In this document: positions 38,034 through 49,268 of the stretch, in pieces
Position numbering within the stretch: position 1 is the stretch's first letter
Layout: each line of letters begins with the position of its first letter
NCBI RefSeq assembly: GCF_963921235.1
Contig: NC_086108.1
Location: forward strand, 5,208,001 to 5,272,000
DNA length: 64,000 nt
Reading direction: 5' to 3'
Source of the DNA: Mobula hypostoma
Lineage: Eukaryota
The notes under the pieces: generated by a model
Database searches by the model: none
What the model was told of the DNA's origin: nothing
Seen by the model: the letters and a program-made list of their open reading frames with translations, nothing else
Position numbers and translations under genes: made by a program

Positions 38034-41000
38034 CACCTCTTCCTAGAGATGCTGCCTGGCCTGCTGCGTTCACCAGCAACTTCTATGTGTGTTGCTTGAA
38101 TTTCCAGCATCTGCAGAATTCCTGTTGTTTGCTTTCCATAACCATGATTGTTCTCGGCAAATTTTTCTACAGAAGTGCTTTGCCATTGCCATCTTCTGGG
38201 CAGTGTCTTTACAAGATGGGTGACCCCAGCCATTATCAACATTCCTCAGAGATTGTCTGCCTGGTGTCAGTGGTCGCATAACCAGGTCTTGTGATATGCA
38301 TCAGCTGCTCATTCGACCATCCACCACCTGCTCCCGTGGCTTCTCGTGACCAAGGTGGTGGTGGGAGGTGGGGGGTGGCTAAGCAGGTGCTACACCTTGC
38401 CCAAGGGTCACCTGCAGGCTAGTGGAGGAAAGGAGTGGCTTACACCTCCTTTGATAGAGATGTATCTCCCCTCCGCCAGATTGGATATTGAAATCATATC
38501 AATACCTGCATAAAACTCATTTTGTTCTCAAATGACACAGAACCCAAGCCACGTTTACTAACTTGTTCTGTCTCTGTTTGATCACTGCGAGGAATTTCTT
38601 TCGCCAGAGGATGGGGAATCTGTACAATTCATGGCCACAGACAGCTGTGGATGTCAAGTCACTGGGTATATTTAAAACAGAGGTTGACAGTTTCTTGATT
38701 AGTCAGGGTGTCAACGGTTACGGGGAGAAGGCAGGACAGTGAAAATAAATCAGTTGCAATCGAATGGCGGCGCAGACTCGATGGACCGAGTGGCCTAATT
38801 CTGGCAATAGTCTTATGGTGATGGGGTGGTACAGGCATGTTTTAACAAAAGGGTGAAAGCAAAATGCAAAACTATTAATTACTTTGTTTATTGCGATGTA
38901 GCGCAGAATAGGCCCCTCTGGAACTTCGAGCCTTGCCCCCCCCCCCCCCCAGTTTAACTTGAGCCTAATCAGGGGACAATTTACAATGACCCTTTAACCT
39001 ACTGACCCTCATGTCTTTGTACTGTGGGAGGAAAGTGGAGCAGGCAGTCATGGGGAGAAGGGGCAAACTCCTTACAGGCACAGACGGGTACCTGTGCTGC
39101 TGAGAGAATGCTACGGAGTGGGGTTGAGAAGTAAAATAAATCAGCCATGATGTGATGGGCTGAATGGCATTATTTTGCTCCTGTGGTCTTGTTAGGGTCC
39201 TTGCAGATGCGCATCTGTGTGAATTCTTTTCCAAGTGCGGGTTAATGGAACATCTGACAGTGAGCTCTGCATCGTCCTGTTTGAAATCCGATATTCCGAC
39301 TGTTTACACACAAGCATCTAAACGTCCTCTCCCTGCCGCTCATCCGTCACCTCGCCCCGCCTATCGTCCCCCTCCACCTCCCAGCTGTGCTCAGGATCTG
39401 AAGGCACGACCCCTGTTCTGTGGTGTGCCGCAGTTCACCGGCTGTGCTGCTGTCTGTCCCCTGGGTGGCTATGCTGCTTTCTCAGAGAGTGCCAACAGGT
39501 TAAAACACAGCCTCCCACGGCAGCTGTAATTACCCTCTAATTGACAATTAGCTGGGGAGCAGTTACCACAGGAGGTGAGAGGTGAATGTTTCCCGCTAAT
39601 GTCGGGAAGTATTAATCCAAGCGTTTCCTCTGTGTTAGAACCATGGTACATATGTTTGCATTGTTAATACAAATAACTCTTTTCACTGTATGTTTTGATA
39701 ATGTGTTAAATAACAATATAAATGTGTGATAAATAATAATTGTCTTAAAACGTGAGAAATCTGAATAAAACTGTAAAACATAGGGCCATTCAGCCCATCG
39801 AGTCTGCTTCACCATTCCATCATGGCTGATTTGTTTTTCCTCTCAATCCCCTTCTCCTGCCTTCTCCCTGTAATCTTTGACGCCCTGACTAATCTAGAAC
39901 CTATCAACCTCCACTTTAAATATACCCAATAACTTGAGCTCTGCAGCTGTCTGCGGCAACGGATCTCACAGATTCACTGTCCTCTGGTGACATAAATTCC
40001 CACTCCCACTCCTCGTCTCTGTTCTAAAGGGACATTGTTCTATTCCGAGGTTGTGCCCTCTGGTCCTGGACTCCCCCGCTGTAGGAAACCTCCTCTCCAC
40101 GTCCACTCTGTTGAGGTACTTCAATATTTGGCAGGTTTCAATGAGATCTTAACCCCTTCTCCTAAACCCCAGAGCCTTCAAACACTGTGTAATCGATTGT
40201 TGAGGACAAACCCCAGCAAGTAGCTGACAGGGTTGGTCGCCGAGTGATAGGAAGGATCTGATTAAGCTGGGAAGGGTGCCGGAAAGATTCACAGAGATGT
40301 TACCGTGACTGGAGGAAGTACATCTTACTGGGTGGAGAGGTAGAGATATGTCTCTCCCAATGAAGGTGTTAGGCATTCCTTCCCTCCAATGGACTGCAGG
40401 TCACCCTTGGGCGAGGTGTAGCACCTGCTTAGCCCCCTGCCCCCAGGTCAGGGTTTTGGGAGTCAGGCAGTGGATGGTAATATGAGCAGCCGGTGCACAT
40501 CACAAGTCCCAGAGAGACCCTGGTTGTTCACGTCTAACGACGTGGCACTTAACAAACAAAGGAACTAATCATGAGCCGATTAACCTCTGCTTTAAATATT
40601 CCCAATGAATGGGATGATAACGGTGTAGTTTTTGCACACGTCCATCAAACAATCGAAGCAGACAGTGAAAAGCATCATTGGCGCCGACAGCCAACAAGGA
40701 TGTGCTGGGGGCAGCCGGCAAGTGTCAGCATGGTGCCAGCACCAGCGCATCGTGCCCACGTCTCGCGAACGCGAACTGTTCGTCTCTGGAAGGTGGAAGG
40801 AGCGTGCAAACTCCTTACAGACAGCAGTGGCAAATGAACCCACTTCGCTGGCATTGTGAAGCGCCATGCTAGCCTCTGTGCTGGCGAATAACGCTAAGCC
40901 GGTGTCCAGTCAACCTCAACGGGACACAGTTACACCTCTGCCCCTGGGGTGAGGCGAGCACGCGGCGTGTCCCAGAGTGTGCCACACTCTCTACGGCTGG

Positions 41001-42440
41001 GTTGTGAAGGGGGCTTACCTTCTACCCCCAGAGGCACAAATCAACCTCACGTCCTGTATATAAACCCCTGGAACAGCGGAGGCTGAGAGAGGTTTACAAG
41101 GTTATGAGAGGCATAGATAGAGTGGACAGGAAGTGTCCGTTTTCCAGGATTGTAATAATACCAGAGGGCATGCATTGAAGATGGGGGTGGGGTGGGTTGA
41201 AGGGGGATGTGACGGGTAAGTTTTTTACTCAGAGAGTGGTGGATGCACTGCCTGGTATGGTTGTAGAGGCAAATACATTAGAGGCTTTTAAGAGAGATTT
41301 AGATAGGCACTTGAGTATTAACCTCTGCTTTAAGTATTCCCGTTGAGTTGGCTGCGATACAGCATTTGTGCCCATAAGGCACAGGAGCAGAATTTGCCCG
41401 TTGAGCCTGCTCCACCAGTCCATCATGGCTGTTTTATTAACACTGTTAATCCCATTCTCCTGCCTTTCCCCGTAACCTTTGGTGCCCTTGCTAGCCCGAT
41501 AGGTTAGGCTGTCTTCTATAGTGGGGGGAGTCCAGGACAGAGGGCAGAGCCACAGAATAGAAGAAAGTTGATGTAGAACAGAGATGATAACAACAACTTT
41601 AGCCACAGGTTATTTGAAGCTGTGGAATTCGTTACTGTGGAGGCCGACTCATTGGGTGTATTTGAAGTGGAGGTTGATGGCAGCTTGATCACTCAGGGCT
41701 TCAAAGATTATGGGCAGAAGGCAGGAGAATGGGGTTAACAGGGATAATAAATCAGCCATGGTGGAATGGTGGAGCAGACTCGATGGGCTGAATGGCCTGA
41801 TTCTGCTCCTTTGGCTTGTGGCTTTATCTAGTCAGGGACCTATAACCCTCCTCTTTAAATACACGCAATGGCTTGGCCGGAATGTGGCAAAGGATTCCGC
41901 AGGTTCGGCAACCTCTGGCTTAAGAAATATATTAAACCAGTACTGTTACGCTTTCTTTTACCAAGGTCGGCCTTTCATCTGAGACTTGGTGTGTGTCTCT
42001 TTCTCTGCCTGAGAGGGGGAGGTGTTTGTGTGTGGGTAGGCTATGTATGCACGCGAGGGGAGGACATTGTATGTGTGTGTGAGAGAGAGAGGGAGAGTGT
42101 GCTCATTAGAGGGATTGTGTGTGTGTGTGTGTGTGTGTACACACACTTGAGAAGGAAGGTGTAAGTCTGTCTGTTGGTATACACGCACATGGGGGAGGTG
42201 TGCCTGTTCACTCAGTGAACGAAAGAGAGGGAGAGTGTGCAGCCAATCAGAAGGAGAGAGAGAATCCCAGAAGCCAGCTCCTGGGAGACGAGTTTGGTCT
42301 GAGGATGACCCATGGGGTGAGGGGCAGAGTTGTCATCGTGGGGAAGTGCTTGGCTCTGTGTGTGTGAAAGAGATTGCTGCCCCATAGCCTGCTGGCAACT
42401 TTAGACCATCAGACCACAACTCTACTCACAAGCATGCTAC

Positions 42441-45400
42441 ATCTGCCCTCTGGTCCTAGACTCCCCCCACTATAGGAAACATCCTCTCCACATCCACTCT
42501 GTGTCCTCTGGTCCTAGACTCCCTCACTACAGGAAACACCTTCTCCACATCCACTCTATCTGTGTCCTCTGGTCCTAGACTCCCCCACCATAGGAAACAT
42601 CCTCTCCACATCCACTCTATCTGTGCCTTCTGGTCCTAGACACCCCCCACTATAGGAAACATCCTCTCCACATCCACTCTATCTGTGCCCTCTGGTCCTA
42701 GACTCCCCCACTATAGGAAACACCTTCTCCACATCTGCTCTATCTGTGCCCTCTGGTCCTAAACTCCCCCACTATAGGAAACATCCTCTCCACATCCACT
42801 CTATCTGTGCCCTCTGGTCCTAGACTCCCCCACTATAGGAAACATCCTCTCCACATCCACTCTATCTGTGCCCTCTGGTCCTGGACTCCCCCACTATAGG
42901 AAACATCCTCTCCACATCCACTCTATCTGTTCCCTCTGGTCATAGACTCCCCCACTATAGGAAACATCCTCTCCACATCCACTCTATCTGTGCCCTCTGG
43001 TCCTAGACTCCCCCACTACAGGAAACATCCTCTCCACATCCACTCAATCTGTGTCCTCTGGTCCTAGACCCCCCCACTACAGGAAACATCCTCTCCACAT
43101 CCACTCTATCTGTGTCCTCTGGTCCTAGACTCCCTCACTATAGGAAACATCCTCTCCACATCCACTCTATCTGTTCCCTCTGGTCATAGACTCCCCCACT
43201 ATAGGAAACATCCTCTCCACATCCACTCTATCTGTGCCCTCTGGTCCTAGACTCCCCGACTACAGGAAACATCCTCTCCACATCCACTCTATCTGTGTCC
43301 TCTGGTCCTAGACCCCCCCACTACAGGAAACATCCTCTCCACATCCACTCTATCTGTGTCCTCTGGTCCTAGACTCCCTCACTATAGGAAACATCCTCTC
43401 CACATCCACTCTATCTGTGTCCTCTGGTCCTAGACTCCCTCACTATAGGAAACATCCTCTCCACATCCACTCTATCTGTGCCCTCTGGTCCTAGACTCCC
43501 TCACTATAGGAAACATCCTCTCCACATCCACTCTATCTGTGTCCTCTGGTCCTAGACTCCCTCACTATAGGAAACATCCTCTCCACATCCACTCTATCTG
43601 TGCCCTCTGGTCCTAGACTCCCTCACTATAGGAAACATCCTCTCCACATCCACTCTATCTGTGCCCTCTGGTCCTGGACTCCCCCACTATAGGAAACATC
43701 CTCTCCACATCCACTCTATCTGTTCCCTCTGGTCATAGACTCCCCCACTATAGGAAACATCCTCTCCACATCCACTCTATCTGTGCCCTCTGGTCCTAGA
43801 CTCCCCCACTACAGGAAACATCCTCTCCACATCCACTCTATCTGTGTCCTCTGGTCCTAGACCCCCCCACTACAGGAAACATCCTCTCCACATCCACTCT
43901 ATCTGTGTCCTCTGGTCCTAGACTCCCTCACTATAGGAAACATCCTCTCCACATCCACTCTATCTGTTCCCTCTGGTCATAGACTCCCTCACTATAGGAA
44001 ACATCCTCTCCACATCCACTCTATCTGTGCCCTCTGGTCCTAGACTCCCCCACTACAGGAAACATCCTCTCCACATCCACTCTATCTGTGTCCTCTGGTC
44101 CTAGACCCCCCCACTACAGGAAACATCCTCTCCACATCCACTCTATCTGTGTCCTCTGGTCCTAGACTCCCTCACTATAGGAAACATCCTCTCCACATCC
44201 ACTCTATCTGTGTCCTCTGGTCCTAGACTCCCTCACTATAGGAAACATCCTCTCCACATCCACTCTATCTGTGTCCTCTGGTCCTAGACTCCCCCACTAT
44301 AGGAAACATCCTCTCCACATCCACTCTATCTGTGCCCTCTGGTCCTAGACTCCCCCACCATAGGAAACATCCTCTCCACATCCACTCTATCTGTGTCCTC
44401 TGGTCCTAGACTCTCCCACTACAGGAAACATCCTCTCTACATTCACTCTATCTGTGCCCTCTGGTCCTAGACTCCCCCACTATAGGAAACATCCTCTCCA
44501 CATCCACTCTATCTGTGCCCTCTGGTCCTAGACTCCCTCACTATAGGAAACATCCCCTCCACATCCACTCTATCTGTGTCCTCTGGTCCTAGACTCCCTC
44601 ACTATAGGAAACACCTTCTCCACATCTGCTCTATCTGTGCCCTCTGGTCCTAAACTCCCCCACTATAGGAAACATCCTCTCCACATCCACTCTATCTGTG
44701 CCCTCTGGTCCTAGACTCCCTCACTACAGGAAACATCCTCTCCACATCCACTCTATCCGTGCCCTCTGGTCCTAGACTCCCCCACTATAGGAAACATCCT
44801 CTCCACATCCACTCTATCTGTGCCCTCTGGTCCTGGACTCCCCCACTATAGGAAACATCCTCTCCACATCCACTCTATCTGTTCCCTCTGGTCATAGACT
44901 CCCCCACTATAGGAAACATCCTCTCCACATCCACTCTATCTGTGCCCTCTGGTCCTAGACTCCCCCACTATAGGAAACATCCTCTCCACATCCACTCTAT
45001 CTGTGTCCTCTGGTCCTAGACCCCCCCACTACAGGAAACATCCTCTCCACATCCACTCTATCTGTGCCCTCTGGTCCTGGACTCCCCCACTATAGGAAAC
45101 ATCCTCTCCACATCCACTCTATCTGTTCCCTCTGGTCATAGACTCCCCCACTATAGGAAACATCCTCTCCACATCCACTCTATCTGTGCCCTCTGGTCCT
45201 AGACTCCCCCACTACAGGAAACATCCTCTCCACATCCACTCAATCTGTGTCCTCTGGTCCTAGACCCCCCCACTTCAGGAAACATCCTCTCCACATCCAC
45301 TCTATCTGTGTCCTCTGGTCCTAGACTCCCTCACTATAGGAAACATCCTCTCCACATCCACTCTATCTGTTCCCTCTGGTCATAGACTCCCCCACTATAG

Positions 45401-47539
45401 GAAACATCCTCTCCACATCCACTCTATCTGTGCCCTCTGGTCCTAGACTCCCCCACTACAGGAAACATCCTCTCCACATCCACTCTATCTGTGTCCTCTG
45501 GTCCTAGACCCCCCCACTACAGGAAACATCCTCTCCACATCCACTCTATCTGTGTCCTCTGGTCCTCGACTCCCTCACTATAGGAAACATCCTCTCCACA
45601 TCCACTCTATCTGTGTCCTCTGGTCCTAGACTCCCTCACTATAGGAAACATCCTCTCCACATCCACTCTATCTGTTCCCTCTGGTCATAGACTCCCCCAC
45701 TATAGGAAACATCCTCTCCACATCCACTCTATCTGTGCCCTCTGGTCCTAGACTCCCCCACTACAGGAAACATCCTCTCCACATCCACTCTATCTGTGTC
45801 CTCTGGTCCTAGACCCCCCCACTACAGGAAACATCCTCTCCACATCCACTCTATCTGTGTCCTCTGGTCCTCGACTCCCTCACTATAGGAAACATCCTCT
45901 CCACATCCACTCTATCTGTGTCCTCTGGTCCTAGACTCCCTCACTATAGGAAACATCCTCTCCACATCCACTCTATCTGTTCCCTCTGGTCATAGACTCC
46001 CCCACTATAGGAAACATCCTCTCCACATCCACTCTATCTGTGCCCTCTGGTCCTAGACTCCCCCACTACAGGAAACATCCTCTCCACATCCACTCTATCT
46101 GTGTCCTCTGGTCCTAGACCCCCCCACTACAGGAAACATCCTCTCCACATCCACTCTATCTGTGTCCTCTGGTCCTCGACTCCCTCACTATAGGAAACAT
46201 CCTCTCCACATCCACTCTATCTGTGTCCTCTGGTCCTAGACTCCCTCACTATAGGAAACATCCTCTCCACACCCACTCCATCTGTGCCCTCTGGTCCTAG
46301 ACTCCCCCACTATAGGAAACATCCTCTCCACATCCACTCTATCTGTGCCCTCTGGTCCTAGACTCCCCCACTATAGGAAACACCCTCTCCACATCCACTG
46401 TATCTGTGCCCTCTGGTCCTAGACTCCCCCACTATAGGAAACATCCTCTCCAAATCCACTCTATCTGTGCCCTCTGGTCCTAGACTCCCCCACTATAGGA
46501 AACATCCTCTCCACATCCACTCTATCTGTGCCCTCTGGTCCTAGACTCCCCCACTATAGGAAACATCCTCTCCACATCCACTCTATCTGTGCCCCCTGGT
46601 CCTAGACTCCCCCACTATAGGAAACATCCTCTCTACATTCACTCTATCTGTGCCCCCTGGTCCTCGACTCCCTCACTATAGGAAACATCCTCTCCACATC
46701 CACTCTATCTGTGCCCTCTGGTCCTAGACTCCCCCACTATAGGAAACATCCTCTCCACATCCACTCTATCTGTGCCCCCTGGTCCTAGACTCCCCCACTA
46801 TAGGAAACATCCTCTCTACATTCACTCTATCTGTGCCCCCTGGTCCTCGACTCCCTCACTATAGGAAACATCCTCTCCACATCCACTCTAACTGTGCCCT
46901 CTGGTTCTAGACTCCCCCACTATAGGAAACATCCTCTCCAAATCCACTCTATCTGTGCCCTCTGGTCCTAGACTCCCCCACTATAGGAAACATCCTCTCC
47001 ACATCCACTCTATCTGTGCCCTCTGGTCCTAGACTCCCCCACTATAGGAAACATCCTCTCCACATCCACTCTATCTGTGCCCCCTGGTCCTCGACTCCCT
47101 CACTATAGGAAACATCCTCTCCACATCCACTCTATCTGTGCCCTCTGGTCCTAGACTCCCCCACTATAGGAAACATCCTCTCCACATCCACTCTATCTGT
47201 GCCCCCTGGTCCTAGACTCCCCCACATCCACTCTATCTGTGCCCTCTGGTCCTAGACTCCCCCACTATAGGAAACATCCTCTCCACATCCACTCTAACTG
47301 TGCCCTCTGGTTCTAGACTCCCCCAATATAGGAAACGTCCTCTCCACATCCACTCTAACTGTGTCCTCTGGTCCTAGACTCCCCCACTATAGGAAACACC
47401 CTCTCCACATCCACTCTATCTGTGCCCTCTGGTCCTAGACTCCCCCAATATAGGAAACACCCTCTCCACATCCACTCTATCTGTGTCCTCTGGTCCTAGA
47501 CTCCCCCAATATAGGAAACACCCTCTCCACATCCACTCT
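42441..47539. repeat. 61-bp tandem array, ~83 copies (5.1 kb), derived from CR1 ORF2
   Basis: Unit ctctggtcctagactcccccactataggaaacatcctctccacatccactctatctgtgcc. The reverse complement encodes DRVDVERMFPIVGESRTRG; a single copy occurs in the CR1 at ~56760-56815. Confidence 0.98.
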
Positions 47540-47559
47540 TGAGGCCTTTCAATATTTGT

Positions 47560-48085
47560 GTTGGTTGTCCTTCGTTTCTGACGATGACATAACCTGTGGG
47601 AGGAGTTTTATGGTGAAAAAGCCATTGCACTGGGGCAGTTCACTGTCTTGGCCTCAAAAGTCTTGGTCCAGTGGTACAAAACATCATCATGTCTAGAGAG
47701 TTCCTCGGCTGCAGTGGATAGCTGATGCCTGCTGTGCCTTGTCTTGCCCCTCGCTCTCCACGAAGCGTTGCAGCACCAGCTTCTTGGCAGTTGGATCTCA
47801 TCCGCCCAGTCCGCCGGAGCTGACTTCGCCTGCTGGGGTAGGCACGTCCCTGTTGGAGGTTGGAGGTTCCCGGCTGCCCTCACCTGGTGTAGCCGGCCTG
47901 TCGAAGCAGTGTACCGGGCTGTGGCCGCTGTCGCAGGCAAACGGTTACTTATAGCCTCCGGTGAGAGCTGAGTGTCCAGTGGGGACCAAAGGTGAGTGAG
48001 CTGCCCCCGGGCGGAGCACAACAAGCCCACCAGCAGAGCTGCTGCCTCTCCCTGGAAACCCCATACACCCCAGTATTTACTCGGT
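47560..48085 (-). mobile_element. Probable RTE-related non-autonomous element
   Basis: The left end gttggttgtccttcgtttctgacgatgac resembles the reverse complement of an RTE-type 3' terminus. It interrupts a CR1 fragment that resumes at ~48090. Confidence 0.4.
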
Positions 48086-48169
48086 TTCTATTTGATCCCT
48101 GCCCTTTCGTTCTTCTAAACTCCAGCGAGTACAGGCCCAGAGCCGTCAAACAATCCTGCATGAAGCTGC

Positions 48170-49026
48170 TTTGCGGCCAAAAAGTTCTGTTTTACCTTCA
48201 TTAGTCCACAGGACTTGTTTCCAAAATGCATCAGGCTTGTTCAGATGTTCCTTCGAACCTTTTGAATGGAGCTTTTTGGCCGCAATGAGCAAAGGTATGT
48301 TTGGAGAAAAAAGGGTGCAGAATTTCATGAAAAGAACACCTCTCCAACTGTTAAGCATGGGGGTGGATCAATCATGCTTTGGGCTTGTGTTGCAGCCAGT
48401 GGCACAGGGAACATTTCACTGGTAGAGGGAAGAATGAATTCAATTAAATACCAGCAAACTCTGGAAGCAAACATCACACCGTCTGTAAAAAAGCCGAAGA
48501 TGAAAAGAGGATGGCTTCTACAACAGGATAATGAACCTAAACACACCTCAAAATCCACAATGGACTACCTCAAGAGGCACAAGCTGAAGGTTTTGCCATG
48601 GCCCTCACAGTCCCCCGACCTCAACATCATCGAAAATCTGTGGATAGACCTTAAAAGAGCAGTGCATGCAAGACCGCCCAAGAATCTCACAGAACTAGAA
48701 GCCTTTTGCAAGGAAGAATGGGCAAAAATCCCCAAACAAGAATTGAAAGACTCCGAGCTGGCCACAGAAAGCGTTTACAAGCTGTGATACTTGCCAAAGG
48801 GAGTGTTACTAAGTACTGACCAAACTTTTGCTTCGGGCCCTTTTCCTTTTTTGTTATTTTGAAACTGTAAAAGATGGAAATAAAAAAAAGTTTTCTTGCT
48901 TAAAATATTAAAGAAATGTGTCATCTTTAACTTTATGCCTTTTGGAAATCAGTTCATCTTTTACTCGCTTAGCTATTCACAGTAACGGAAATTTTGACTG
49001 GGGTGCCCAAACTTTTGCATCATCTG
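48170..49026 (+). mobile_element. Tc1-like (DD34E) transposon, 5'-truncated with an inverted segment
   Basis: [35 protein letters not shown] with 34 residues between D and E. The right TIR ends ..cccaaacttttgcatcatctg|TA. Confidence 0.92.
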
Positions 49027-49060
49027 TAGTCCAGCTCTCTTTAGTCTGCTCAGAAAGTGA

Positions 49061-49268
49061 GATTCACACATAAAAGTTGCTGGTGAACGCAGCAGGTCAG
49101 GCAGCATCTCTAGGAAGAGGTACAGTCGACGTTTCAGGCCAAGACGAAGGGTCTCGGCCCGAAACGTCGACTGCACCTCTTCCTAGAGATGCTGCCTGGC
49201 CTGCTGCGTTCACCAGCAACTTTGTGTGCTGCTTGAAATTCCAGCATCTGCAGATTTCCTCGTGTTTG
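49061..49268 (+). mobile_element. 208-bp fold-back Penelope-like insertion with a 10-bp TSD
   Basis: TSD cagaaagtga at 49051-49060 and 49269-49278. ~75-bp inverted arms meet at ~49140, followed by an unpaired tail. Confidence 0.9.

Larger units (their letters stand above)
36950..38131 (+). mobile_element. Penelope-like element inserted as a long inverted repeat with a 13-bp TSD
   Basis: Arms ~36950-37490 and ~37565-38096 are reverse complements. TSD ctttccataacca at 36937-36949 and 38132-38144. GIY-YIG C-terminus HSDMSIHGLLYC..QPDGMNIDFSNFR* at 37568-37705. Confidence 0.92.

Noticed and set aside
42441..47539. T7/T3 promoter-like gactccctcactatagg in many monomers
   Set aside because: Lacks TAATAC and is explained as antisense CR1 sequence; coincidence, not vector contamination.
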